Of a stretch of DNA of 64,000 bases, positions 13,491 through 25,559 are shown piece after piece. Both the position numbers and the translations under genes were made by a program. This DNA comes from the human T2T-CHM13v2.0 reference genome, Homo sapiens, in NCBI RefSeq assembly GCF_009914755.1, contig NC_060931.1; one strand, written 5' to 3'. The notes under the pieces were generated by a model that was not told the origin of the DNA, ran no database searches, and saw only the letters and a program-made list of their open reading frames with translations. Positions within the stretch are counted from its first letter, which is position 1, and every line of letters begins with the position of its first letter.

Positions 13491-13935
13491 TATGTTGACT
13501 TAGTTTAGAGGCCCCGGCTGGAGAGGAGTCAGGCCCTTTTCTTGTGGGGTCAATTAAGTCCGATCCTCAATTACCTCCTTGTTTGTCTCTCAGACCCTTG
13601 GCCGCTATTCAGTCGCCATATGTGCCTCGGAGCCAGGTACCAGACAACCAGGAACAAGCCCACTGAAATTATTTCAAGTCATCAAGCCTAAGCCTGTTTG
13701 CCCTGCCTAACCCTTTCATTCCTGCAGAAACCACAAAAAAAGGTTTTCGCCTACTGCTGCCCTTTATCCCTCTGGCTCAACTCTGACGCTGGTGCTCCCA
13801 CGAGTGGCCCCCTGTGGCATGGCACGCTGTGTTCTCCCCAGGGAACTGTGAGTATAACAAAACTGTAAAACTCTTTCAAGCTTCTCTTTTGATCTTCCTC
13901 TGGCTTCACCATACCTCATCCACATTAATATGGTT
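13491..13935 (+). mobile_element. ERVL solo LTR (MER74/MER73-like)
   Basis: gagccaggtaccagacaacca...ctaagcctgtttgccctgcct...gaaaccaca...gggaactgtgagtataacaaa. Confidence 0.65.
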
Positions 13936-14315
13936 AAATCAGCCATCTGATGTCTTGTCAAATGACAATGTTTTCCTCCCATATTTTTTTGGCAGGCCTT
14001 TGTTTTCCTTGTTGAATTGTAGAAATTTTGTTTTATAAAGGATATAAATCCTTTGTAAGATGCATGCATTTCCAATTTTTTTTTTCTACTTCGTGGCTTG
14101 CGTATTCACTGTCTTACAGTATCTTCTGATGAAGAGTAATTAATGATTTAGCAAATTCCAGTGTATCAATATTTTGCTTTATGATTGGTGCTTTTTGTGT
14201 GCAATTTAAGAAAACCTTGCCAACTACAAGACAATGTAGACATTTTCCTATGATACCATCCAGAACCTGTATTGTTTTAATTTTCACGTTTACTTAGTGG
14301 TACATCAGAGTTGTT

Positions 14316-14319
<4 letters not shown>

Positions 14320-14359
<40 letters not shown>
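14320..14359. repeat. (TG)n microsatellite
   Basis: About 20 uninterrupted TG units. Confidence 0.95.
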
Positions 14360-14360
<1 letters not shown>

Positions 14361-14963
14361 CGTGAAAAGTATGGCATACGTGAATGGTGAAGTAGATGTG
14401 AAAGATTCATTTTGTTCTTCAGGAATATCTGGCTGACCCAGCACTGTTCCTGGAGTATGCCTCCTGGCATTACAATGTCACCTTTTCATAAATCAGATGA
14501 TCACATAAATTCATTTGTTGAACTTAAATTTTTGATTTTTATTCTTTCTTTTCTTAAAATAATATATCCACTGAAGTCTATCAGCTTTTTAAAAGCAGGG
14601 CTTTAGAACCATTCTGTAATTTTTGACATGCCAAATTCTAAATTTTCATTGAAATTAAAACAAATTCTTTTATTTTGATTTCTTTTTTGAACCATGGAAT
14701 ATTTAATACTTTATTGCTTAATTTCCAAAGATTTGAATTTCTTTAAGTTATTATTTTGTGAATCATTCTCATCTTAATCGTTTTAAACATTTCTAGTGTT
14801 ATTTGGTTTGACAATATTTTAAGTTAATTTCCATATGATCAGATTAACATATCTTATTTTTTAAGACTTCTGTTATAGCTTAGAATTTAATCAATTTTAG
14901 TACACATTCACATGGAAAAAAATTGTCTTCTCTTGATCTGCGTTCAAGTTTTATATGTGTGTG

Positions 14964-15276
14964 GGCTGAGTGCGGTGGCTCACATTTGTAATCCCAACAA
15001 TTTCTCCCAAATTGAGGCAGCAGGATTGCTTGAGCCTAGGAGTTTGAGACCAGCCTGGGGAACACGGCAAGACTGCATCTCTACAAAAATACCAAAATTA
15101 ATCAGCCATGGTGGCACTCACCTGGGTCCCCACCAGCTACTGGGAAGGCTGAGGCAAGAGGATTGCTTGAGCCCAGGAGGTCAAGGCTGCAGTGAGCCAT
15201 GTTCACACCACTGTATCCTAACCTGGGTGACAGAGTGAGACTCTCTCTAAAAAAAAATAATAATAATAAAATAAAA
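14964..15276 (+). mobile_element. AluJ
   Basis: ggattgcttgagcccaggaggtcaaggctgcagtgagccatg (J-type), poly-A tail, degenerate TSD aagttttatatgtgtgt / aaggtttcgtgtgtgc. Confidence 0.92.
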
Positions 15277-15904
15277 GGTTTCGTGTGTGCTAATTATATT
15301 AATTTATTAATTATATTGTTCTAATATTTTATATTCTTTCTGATTTACTTACTGTCACTTACTGTCATTTACCGAGAATGTTACTTAAACATGAAATTAG
15401 AAATTTGTCTACTCTTTTAAAGTTTTTTTCATCATTTTTTTTCCAAGTTTACCTTAGTTTTAGTAGTAAGTAGGAAAAGTTTTAAGTCTCAGAAATTATG
15501 TAATTGGAGACAAATGTATTTTCGGGGACCTTTTTTTCTATTTCTCTACAAAAGTTAATAATAGTATCCATTCCTGTCTTCCTATGGTACATAACGTTCA
15601 TAACATTGTTAATTATAAACAAGTCTGTGGAGCCCTGATAAACTACCAACAGGTTTTCTAGGACTGCCCTTGACATAATTTTTGACACTTAACAAATATG
15701 ACTAAGTTAGTAGGTATATAATTTTTGTCTCCCCTTAAATAGAACCAAAAAAGGAAGAAACATTTGAATGTTTAAGCAGATAAATACAATTACTACAATC
15801 TTTATTATATCAACCTGTTAGAACATATTTCAATTATAAATGCAACAGAGGGGTTTCAAAGTCAAAATGTTCAATTAAGGCACCTGGTTTCTATTAGATT
15901 AACA

Positions 15905-18620
15905 TTTGTGTAATCTATTTTTGTCTTTTATTTTACTTTCAAGCTACTTATGTTATTGAATTTAAGGTGAATTTCTTATAAATAGCATATCATTGAATTC
16001 TGTTTGTTTACACACTCTGAAAATCTTGTTACCCATTGTAATGCCTCTGTGACCTAGCTGAATTTCTACCTGATCTTAACTCTGCTTAGCTTTAGGAGAC
16101 AGGATGTCTGAGGTCAGAAGTTCCCCCTGGTGACCAAACCAGTTAAGACTGATGAGATTCAAGATCCAGCTCACTTCGCCTTTGAAGAACCTCTAACTTC
16201 ATTATAATTTATTTTCCATACTAAATGACACTCCCACCAGTGCCATGACAGTTTATAATCACCATGACAATGACCAGAAGAAATTATGAAAGGACAAAAA
16301 GGAAGACCACAACTCCGGTTCTGAGGAATTCTCCACCCATTCCCAGAAAAGACAAGAATACTCCTCCCCTTGTTTTTAATGCCCAAACCCTTCATTAAAG
16401 ATGTCCCATATCTGTGACTTCCTGTCTCTCATTAATTGAGAAGTTAATCTGTGAGTCAAGCTCCCACTTCTTAAGTCCATGGCCATTGAATAAAGCCTGC
16501 ACTGCTTGATGCTCACTTTTGGTTTCATGCATTGTCTTCTCATCACTGCATAGAAAAAGAACCCATTTTAAAATCAGTAACACTTTGATTTCTAATGGAT
16601 TAAATTTGCCATTTTATTGTTTTCTGTTTGTTTGATTTGCATTTTGTTCTTCTGTTTCAAGTGGGTTACTTGAACAGTTTTAAGAATTCTGTCTTTATTT
16701 ACAGTGTTTCAGAGTTCAACTCTTTGTACAGTTTAATGTTGTTGTAGGTTTCACAGTATACCTAACATGTGACTTGTCATAGTCTATTGGTATCAATGGT
16801 GAGTCCTGTGAAAGTTTATTTCCACTTAGGTCTCTTTACCGTCCTCATTTTTCAATATCATTATCTGGAGTACAAGATAATGTAATAATTTTTATTTCAC
16901 TAATAAAATATGGTTTATAGAATTCATAAAGAAAATGATAATATATTATTTATGTATCTATATTCCATGTCCAGTTTTTTATTTCTTTCTGATCTCTAAG
17001 ATCTTTTTCCTTTATTATTTCCTTTCTGTTTTAAGACCTTCCTTTAGCCAGGCTTTAAGAGTAGGTCTACTAGTGACATATCCTACATATCCTTTTAGTT
17101 TTCTTATGTCCAAGATGGTCTCTATTTCATCTTCTTACCTTAAGGATAATTTCACCAGTTATAGAATCTGTGGTTCAGTTTTTTTTCCTTAAATATCATT
17201 TGAAAGTTTTGTGTCATTTTCTTTTGGTTTCCAAGGTTTTGGATGAAAAACTCACTGCCATTTGAATTGGGGTTCTCTTGTAGATAACATAGTTTCTCCA
17301 GCTACATTCAAGCCTTTTCTTTGTCATTAATTTTCAGAAGATTAATTATGATGTTTCTTGATACAGATTTCTTTGGATTTATTCTATTTGGGATTCATTT
17401 AGATATTTAAATTTGTAAAGTTTATATATTTTGCTAACTTTAAGAAGTTTTTATCCATTATTTCCTTAAGTAGAAATGTTGAATATTTTACTTTTCTGTA
17501 TCCCTAAGGCTCTGATCAATTTTTTGGGGGGGCGCGGGGCGGGGGGTTCTGTTTGCTATCTGTTATTCAGACTGGGTAAATTTTAGTGATTAGTCCTCAG
17601 GTCCATGGATTCTATTCTCTGTCATCTCTGTTCTACTAGGAAGCCCATCTGGCAAGTTTTTTTAATTTTTATTATATTATTCATACCTGGGTAAATTTGA
17701 TTTGGTCTTCTTTGAGTAACTTCTATTTTTCTGCTGAGATTTGCTAGTATTTGTTTCAAGAGAGTTTATAATTGCTTATTAATTCAATTTTATGATAGCT
17801 GCTTTAAAGTCCTCATCAGATATTTCCAACATCTGTATCATTTCAGTGTTGGCTTCAGTTGATTGTGTTTCTCAGGTTGTGATTTTCTTGGTTCTTGGTA
17901 AGATAGGTGATTTTCAATTGTATTCTGTGCATGCCTGTTATATCTATTATGAGATTCTGGATCCTGTTTAAATTTCCTGTTTCAGCAGGTATGCTTTCTG
18001 TTTAGATTTAGCATGCAAATAAATCTTAGATGAGCCTTTGTAGTAGTATTTTGTTCTACTTGGTTTATATGGTGTGTCTGGGGCTCCTGTTGGACCTTGC
18101 TGGCATCCTGAGGGGGCAGAAAGTTCTTTCTCAGGACGGGCCATATGGTCTCTCCAGGTGGCGGAAGTGATTCTCCACCATGGAGGGACAACAAGTCTTC
18201 CCAAGCCAGGTGGCTTGTTGAGGCAGGATCCCATTTGCCTGTACTTTCTGACCACCCAGTGTCCCTCAAGTGACAGAAGAGATTTTCATGCCTTGTGGGG
18301 ATAGAAAATGCTTACCAGAGTGCTTGTTATGGAGGGATCCCCTTGCCCTTTCCAATACTGTCTGGCTGCCTGCTGTCTCCTGAGGGCAAGGGGAGTTTCA
18401 GACCTGTGAGACCAAAGTTGTCTCCAAGATTGGACACCCCACCATGTCTTGTTCTTTCAGTCCTCAGTCCCTAACAAACTCACCTTTGTCCTCCCATCTT
18501 TCAGAATACGCCTTTTGTTGCATCTTGCACTATTTCCAGGATTTATAGTTAGACCTAGAGGGGAGAAGCAGGGAAAGCCAAGTCTATACCATGTTGTCCA
18601 GACCACATGCCTCCTTCAAC
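15905..18620 (-). mobile_element. 5' portion (ORF2 start, ORF1, 5' UTR) of a second old L1 (L1MC/MD-type)
   Basis: Antisense ORF1 motifs: aaggataatttcaccagttatagaatctgtggtt; ttttcagaagattaattatgatgtttcttg; gatagctgctttaaagtcctcatcagatatttccaacatctg. Confidence 0.7.
16027..16582 (+). mobile_element. ERV1 (MER4-group) solo LTR; subfamily uncertain
   Basis: TGTTAC...GTAACA inverted termini; ctaaatgacactcccaccagtgccatgacagttt block shared with MER41-type LTRs; AATAAA in ttgaataaagcctgc. Confidence 0.75.
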
Positions 18621-18641
18621 TCCCGCTAAATTCGAAGAAGT

Positions 18642-21390
18642 AACACATTTAGAAATGTTATATTTCTTGTTGAATTGATCTATTTATCATTTTAAAATAT
18701 GTTTCAATCTTTACTAATGATTCTTGCCTTATACTTTTTATATTCTTGGAGCACTAGCATTCACTGGTTAGTGTTTGCCTCGTATATGTTTTTCCAGTGT
18801 ACTTTAAAACTTCCTATCTCTTTATAATGAATTTGTTTCTCTTGTAGGCAGCTTGAAGTTTGGTTGTATATTTCACCAAATTGACATTATTTGTCTTTTG
18901 ATTAGAGTTTTTAGTCTATTTATATTATTTGACTTAATATAAATCTAAGTACAGTTAAGTCTAAATCACCAATCTTGCCATGCTTTCTATTTGTCATCTT
19001 TTATTTGATCAATCCTTTTCTTGCATGTTTGTATGAAGTAAATATATTTTATTCCTTCATATTTTTTCAATCTGTTAGCCTGTTAATCATTATTATTAAT
19101 TCTTATTTTTATTAGTACTTACCTTCACAATTACTATTTGCATCCCTGATATAGTTGAGTGCTATTGTGCAACCTGGCAGCCACTGGCTACATGTGATTT
19201 TGGAGCACTTGAAATGTGCTAGATTGAATTGTGCTGCAGATGTAAAATACACACTGGATTTCAAGTATTTAACACTGACAAAATAATACATAATATCCAG
19301 TATTAATTTTTGTATCTATTAAAATAACATTCGAGATAGAGAATTAAATAAAATATGTTATTAAAATTAATTTCATTCTCTAAATTTTTCATTCTCTAAA
19401 AAATTTTTAGTGTAGCTATTAAAATTTCTGACTTCACATGTATGATTTACATCGTATTTCTATTGGAAAGTGTTCCATTGTATTCTACCTTAAATCAGTG
19501 TCTTTACTGCTCTGTGAATCATACAAAGACTTTAAAACATTTTAACTGCATTGAGACTCCTTTTCTCTCATATTGCTTCAGTAAAATATTTTAATTTTAC
19601 ATATTTTAAATCCACCAGATAATATTAATACTGTTTTAAACAGCCAAGCGTTATGTACATTTACTCACATATTCACCCTTTTTACTACTACTGCTTATTC
19701 TATTTTACTGGGAAAATAATTTCCTGGGAAAATAATCATGGATCATTTTTCTGCAAGAGCTTCCTTTAGTAATTTCTTTAGTGTCATTTTTATCATAATG
19801 AATTTTTTAGTGATTGCCTGAAAACATCTCTTTTTTTCCCCTTCACTTTTGGAGGAGATTTTCACTGGATGAAAATTTCTACATGGTCAGCTATCCTTTC
19901 CTCATTAAAAATAAATGTCATTATATTGCCTCATTTTTTCCATCACATCTTTTGAAATGTTAGCTTGTCAGTTTTACTGTTGCCTTTTTGAAGGTGTACA
20001 CATTGTTCAATGATTACTTCGACAATTTTATCTTTGTCTCTATTTTTTAGTAGTTTGCATATGGTATGTGATGGTGTCAGAAATTTTTTCATTTGTCTTG
20101 TGTGAGGTTTGCAGAACAATCTGTTTATTATTTTTTATCATTTTTAGAAAATCCTTTGCTAAACATCTCTTCAAATATTGCTCCTTCCCCATTCTCTTTA
20201 CTCTCTGATTTCAGATGCTAATTACACATATATTAGACCTTTTCTCTGTGCTTCATATGTGTCTACTCTTTTTGTTATTTTCCTCTTTGTCTTTCTTTGG
20301 TTCAATATGGATGTTTTATGCTTAATCATCTTCAGTTCATGAATCTTCTTTCCTGCTGCATCTAATGTGTATTCACCTATCTATATTGAAACTTTTTGTC
20401 ATTAATCCTTACTATCACTTATATTGCTTTTAATATCTAGAATTTCTGTTTTATTATTTTATATATTTTAATTCTCTGGTGAAATTTTCATTTTTTCATC
20501 CCTTTAATTGAATATATAATAATAATTTAAGTATTCATAGACTCCGATATATAGATCACCTATTGGTCTGCTTCTGATGTCTTATAGTCTCTCGGGTTTT
20601 AGTTATTTGTTCTTACTTCTTGGCATACTTGGTAAATCTCAATATAGTACAGGATGATTTGTAGAAATTCTGAATTAAATTTCTTTGCTCTATAGAAAAG
20701 AATTTAATTTATACTTTTAGTCATATAGAGTATAATCAGATATTTACTTTCAGTTCACCTTTACTGCTATAGTATATCCTTTCCAGAGTCCCATGAAAAA
20801 GCCTGAGTTATGTCTCAGGGCCTCTCCTCTTTGGCAAGCCCAGAACTGTATTTTTTATCTTCCCAGAATCACCAAAGTTCTGAAATATCTGCTTAGCTTT
20901 TTACTCTGTTGAAGCCACTTGATGCTTAATTTTGCAGATTCTTGCCCTGTTGTGTGTGCAATTTAGGAATCAGTATTGAGGGGAATTGTGTGCAAAGTGT
21001 TGACAGCTCGTCTCCATGAAATTTCCATTTCATTTTGATCCCAAGCCCTTAAGTCCTGGATGCTGTGGTAACATTCAACATCAGTTTAAGTGTGTGTGGG
21101 CCAGAGAGACTGCCAGATGCTGTCATTCACGTTTTTTTGTTCAGATTCTCTCCTGATCTGAAAGTCTACAAGTGTCCTCAGAGAAAAAAACCTGGTGTTA
21201 GTCTAATATTTATCTCATGTCTTTCTCTTTTTTCTGGGACTTTGGTCCTTTGATGTATATCTGTGTTAGTTTTTTTCTGATGCTTTTAAACAACTATTCC
21301 TGCAATTGTTTCAGCTTTCTTGTTATTATAGATGGGCAGGTTAGTCAAACAGCAATGACTTTGTTACTGCTGGTAGCAGAATTCAGCCCT
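18642..21390 (-). mobile_element. Old L1ME 5' half (ORF2 start, ORF1, 5' UTR)
   Basis: acacatttagaaatgttatatttcttgttgaattga; ggagattttcactggatgaaaattt; tctcttcaaatattgctccttccccattctct; taattacacatatattagacc. Confidence 0.75.
19159..19475 (-). mobile_element. MER33 (hAT-Charlie)
   Basis: gcagccactggctacatgtg...agcacttgaaatgtgct...tgtaaaatacacactggatttcaa...tatttctattggaaagtg. Confidence 0.85.
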
Positions 21391-21669
21391 GAATTCTCAT
21401 CACTGAAGTTTGGTTCTGGGATAGTGGAGAAACTTAATATGCTCTATATAGTTGGTTTGGAATCTCCCTAGAATTTTTGAGAAATTAGCACCTTTTATTC
21501 TCTGTTTTAGGGCCTCAGATGAAGTTTTAATACTATATAAAATATCTTATTCGAAATGTTCTAAGCACTGTGAAGAGCACAGATGCACTTGGTAAAAGAG
21601 ATGAGCCAAAATGGAACCTTAGGGAGCTTAACTCGCATCTAAGAAAGTTAATAATAATTATATGAGAGT

Positions 21670-21885
21670 AGTAATAATTAATATGGCTGGTTTTTATTGA
21701 ATACTTACAATATTATAGTAATATTCCAAGCTTTATCCTAGGTACATTTTATATGCTTATGCACTGAACTCACAACAACGCTTTATGTTACTCACTGTTA
21801 TTTGTCCTCTCTTATAGGTGACCAAGGCCAGGGTGGTTAAGTAGGTTACCCAAGGTCTCACAGAGAGTAAGTGGCAAAGCCAGTG
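21670..21885 (-). mobile_element. MIR SINE
   Basis: ggttaagtaggttacccaaggtctcacagagagtaagtggcaaagcca. Confidence 0.75.
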
Positions 21886-22079
21886 GAAGATATCAGAGCA
21901 GAGATTGTTGTTGTGAAATTGAAAATGCAATGTATTTTAAATTTCACAACAGATCTCCATCTACTAAAGTTAAGGCAGTCATTGCTTCACAACAAGGATA
22001 CAATCTATAAGAAAAAAGCCAGATAGTTTTGGCAGAAGTCAGTTACATGAACCAAATGTCAGACAGATTTGGTAAAAGT

Positions 22080-22255
22080 CAGACTCTTGCCCTGTCTACT
22101 GGAGCATCATCTGGAGAAGGTGCATGTTCTCAGAAGTCTCATTTTCAGAAGAGTCATGATTTTTCATAAGGGTGTAGGAGTAGGAGGGATGGCTGAAGAA
22201 GGTGTCTAGATATGTATATCTGAAGAAGAAAGTTCTTAGGACCTAATAGACTTCA
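22080..22255 (+). mobile_element. Possible L3/CR1 remnant
   Basis: catcatctggagaaggtgcatgttctcagaagtctcattttcagaagagtcatga weakly resembles CR1 RT C-terminal coding text. Confidence 0.3.
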
Positions 22256-22261
22256 CTATAA

Positions 22262-22324
22262 ATACTATACTATACTATACTATACTATACTATACTATAC
22301 TATACTATACTATACTGTACTATA
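22262..22324. repeat. (ATACT)n pentanucleotide microsatellite
   Basis: About 12 units of atact. Confidence 0.95.
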
Positions 22325-23637
22325 AAGCAAGACAAGATGCTGACTTTTCCCAAAAGGACATTCCAAGGGCTTAGTGGTACTTCCAGAAGCTGAGCCAGGC
22401 CCAAGCTGCCCTTTGAGCAATGTTAATCCATCACTGTGTGGTTCGCTATTGTCATTCTTCTGGAACTGTGCACCAGTTGCTATGGCTCTGTTTATGCCTC
22501 TAGTCTTCCTCTCCTTTAGTGGGAGAGACTGCAAAGTTACATGTCAAAGGGTACAAAATACATAGAGGAGCGAAGACTTTAGAAAATAATATATTCTATC
22601 ACAGTGAGCACCCCAGAGCTTAGCTTTGGAGATCATGGAAAAGGATAAGGGGTAAAAGATACTCAAAGACTATCTGTGCCAAAAGGACCACTTTGAGATA
22701 AAATGTGGCTGTGATAATAATGTTTGAATTTAACAGGAAATTCAAAGAATTGAACTAGAAATATAAAGATACCTTATGTAATATATATATATTTGAATAT
22801 GGGGGCACTTGTAGGATGGATGAGTGGTTACCAATTTCTGCATTACAGAGTATCAAACAGAATGGAGAGGAGGAGACAGACAAAAAAAAGATGACCTCAG
22901 GGTTGTAGATGTAGGGGGTTTGAACAAGGCGCAGCTGAAGATGATGCTATTTTTCAGTTGAGTGCTGGGATTCTAGGAATGAGATTAACAAAATCAAGAG
23001 AAGAAAGAATAATTTTGGAGAGAATTATCAGCTCACTAGGGCTCTATCACAATTGTGTTTCTACTAATTTCCCATATGTTTCCAATCTCTTTTTGGAAAT
23101 GACATTTTTTCTAGGCTGTTCCATGCTCCAAACATATTTGACCGAACCTGTCCTCCTGGCTTTGTCCTAACCATGCACCAAACCTCAACTTAAACATCAC
23201 TTTCTCTGGGATATGTGTGTTGACTCCATATATAGGATGGAATATCTTGGTTTCACCCAGCCCTCCTCTTTCATGACATTTTTCCTTTTTTTTTTTTGGT
23301 AACAATTTTTTTTTAAAATAGCTGTTTTCGCCACTTAAATGTAATATGAATAATATTTTATCCACTTGTCTTTTGATTGTAAAATGAGCTATATGTAATT
23401 CCTGACTTTTGAGTGTTCAAAAGTTCACAAGAAAACAGCATTGTGTAAAGAAAAGTAGATAAACCTCAAACATAAGACAGAATCCATTCTGCTGCCCCCA
23501 TGCTAGCCATTGCTGACCAACAACAGCCTTTTCCATTGGAGCAAAGACTGTTAATTTTTTAAATGTTCTCTATATAAAAATTGATAATTGACTGAACTAT
23601 CAGTGTGCCATAATTAAAAAGAAAAAGCAATGAAATC

Positions 23638-23757
23638 TATATAGTAAGTATATAGTAAGTATATACTTACTATATAGTAAGTATATACTTACTATATAGT
23701 AAGTATATACTTACTATATAGTAAGTATATACTTACTATATAGTAAGTATATAGTAA
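23638..23757. repeat. 11-bp-unit tandem array TATATA+(GTAAG|CTTAC) containing a 94-bp perfect palindrome
   Basis: Unit order G,G,C,G,C,G,C,G,C,G,G' read directly; CTTAC is the reverse complement of GTAAG. Confidence 0.95.
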
Positions 23758-24302
23758 TATATTAGGGTTCTCCAGATAAATGGAAACAATAGGATATGTA
23801 AATATATATATATCATAAAAATGATACAGACATTTGAGAGAGGACTTGTTAGGAGAGATGACTCACATGATTATGGAGGCTGAGAAGTTTCACAATAGGT
23901 CATCTGCAAACTGGAGAATGAGGAAAGCCAGTAGCACACTGAGTCCATGTCTGAAGGCCTGAGAAGAAGCCGGGAAGCTGGGGAGCCTCTGGTACAAGTC
24001 CCAGGGTCCAAAGGCTGTTGAACCTGGAGTTCTGATGCCCAAGGATAGAAGCTGGGTGTCCCAGTTTCAGGAGAGAGGGAGAGAATTCACCTTCTTTGTG
24101 CCTTTCTGTTCCATCTGGGCTTGCAGCCAATTGGATGATGCCTGCCCACATTGGATAAAGGCAGGTCTTTCTCAGTCACTCTGTTTGTTTAAATGACAAT
24201 CTATTCTGGAAACAGTCACAGACACACCCAGAAGTAATGCTTTCTAAGCTATCTGGATATCCCTTAATTCAGTTAAGTTGATACCTAAAATAAACCATCA
24301 CA
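23758..24302 (-). mobile_element. MLT2B-type ERVL solo LTR
   Basis: tattagggttctccaga...attatggaggctgagaagt...ttggatgatgcctgcccacatt...aagttgatacctaaaataaaccatcaca. Confidence 0.9.
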
Positions 24303-24359
24303 GGGAGTAATCTTTGAAATCAATTATTTGCCTAATTTTGAAAAAAAAAAGAGATACAC

Positions 24360-25320
24360 TCAAAGAATTAACCATAATCTAATACAAATGGTTATCTCAT
24401 AGGCAAGGAGAATTGGATAAAAAAATACAGGGATGAAAGCAACATTTTACTGAATATACTTTTTTATATAGTTTGGACTTCTGTAAATATTTTCCATGTT
24501 CAAAAAGCAAAATTTAGTTAAAAAGCACACCTCGAAATTGAAAACAGAAACAAATGAACCTACATATTAATATGGTGAAATGAATATATAATATTTTAAG
24601 TAGTAAGTTTAAATATAGTGACCTGACCATATACACTTTTTCAGTGTTTATATCCTATAGAAAAATTAAAAAACTACAAAAAAGTTTTAAAATTTACTTA
24701 TATTATTGTAAGTAGTAATATTGACATGATAATTTTTAAAACTTTGAAGTTAAGTTCATGTTTTAGAGAATAATTTTAGATCATAAATGTAGAAGAAAAA
24801 ATCAGAAATACCATCATTTTTTAATATTCATAAAATATTAAATTAAGTCAGAAAGTACCCATGGTTACTAATTCATAAAAGTTTCTGGTGAATAGAATTC
24901 TTTTAGTGTAAAAAGCAAATAAAATGTGTGCAAATAGCTTGATCATTGCAAAAAAGAAAAAAATATATTTTAATTGAGAGATTAATGTTACTACTAGTGC
25001 TATATCTGAATAATAGTTGCTTCTGCATATGATACAGTAGGAAGGATAACTTCACTTGGAAATTACTCTTGCAACAAATGTTTTAACTAAATTGAATCAA
25101 ATTTTTAGACCTAAATTTCATTCAGGAAATACATGGGCTAGAGCAGTATTGCTCAACCTTGGTTGCCTATAGAGATCACCCTTCAGCTTTAAAAACTACT
25201 GATGCCTGGATTCTATCCTGAGGATTCTGTAGAATTGGACAAATTTGAATGTGGACTGAGTATTTAGAGAATTATTCTTTAATGAGCTGTGATCATGATA
25301 TCATGATTCTATTTAAATGA
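24360..25320 (+). mobile_element. L1MC4/5-type 3' end remnant
   Basis: tactgaatatacttttttatatagtttggactt; aaacaaatgaacctacatatt; gctgtgatcatgatatcatgatt. Confidence 0.55.
25143..25265. mobile_element. MER5A (hAT-Charlie) fragment
   Basis: cagtattgctcaaccttggttgcctatagagatcacc...aaaaactactgatgcctgga. Confidence 0.7.
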
Positions 25321-25559
25321 GAAATCTGTTCCGAACACCAAAAACATTGAGGTTAGTGGCAGCTTTTTAGTCCATATTTTATATCAATTTGAGATAATAT
25401 TTTTGAACATTGTTTCAAAACACTAGGTTTAATTAAGAAATAATTAAAGACTTTTCTGATTCCTTTAAAGTCATCAGTTTCTTTTTTCATAATAATGACC
25501 ACTATCTGTGGGTATGTAATTCATTTTACTTATATATGTAGTGGCTTCCACTTGCCTCT

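Larger units (their letters stand above)
12285..15480 (-). mobile_element. Old L1ME element (3' UTR and ORF2 parts), interrupted by two LTRs, (TG)n and an AluJ
   Basis: Antisense L1 motifs: ctgctgatgagcgtttgggcagtttcca; aatgttgagcaccatttcaaatgcttattggcca; tttaagaaaaccttgccaactacaag. Confidence 0.8.

Noticed and set aside
23638-23757. Repeat-spacer appearance resembling a CRISPR array
   Set aside because: Eukaryotic DNA, 11-bp units, no unique spacers, no cas genes
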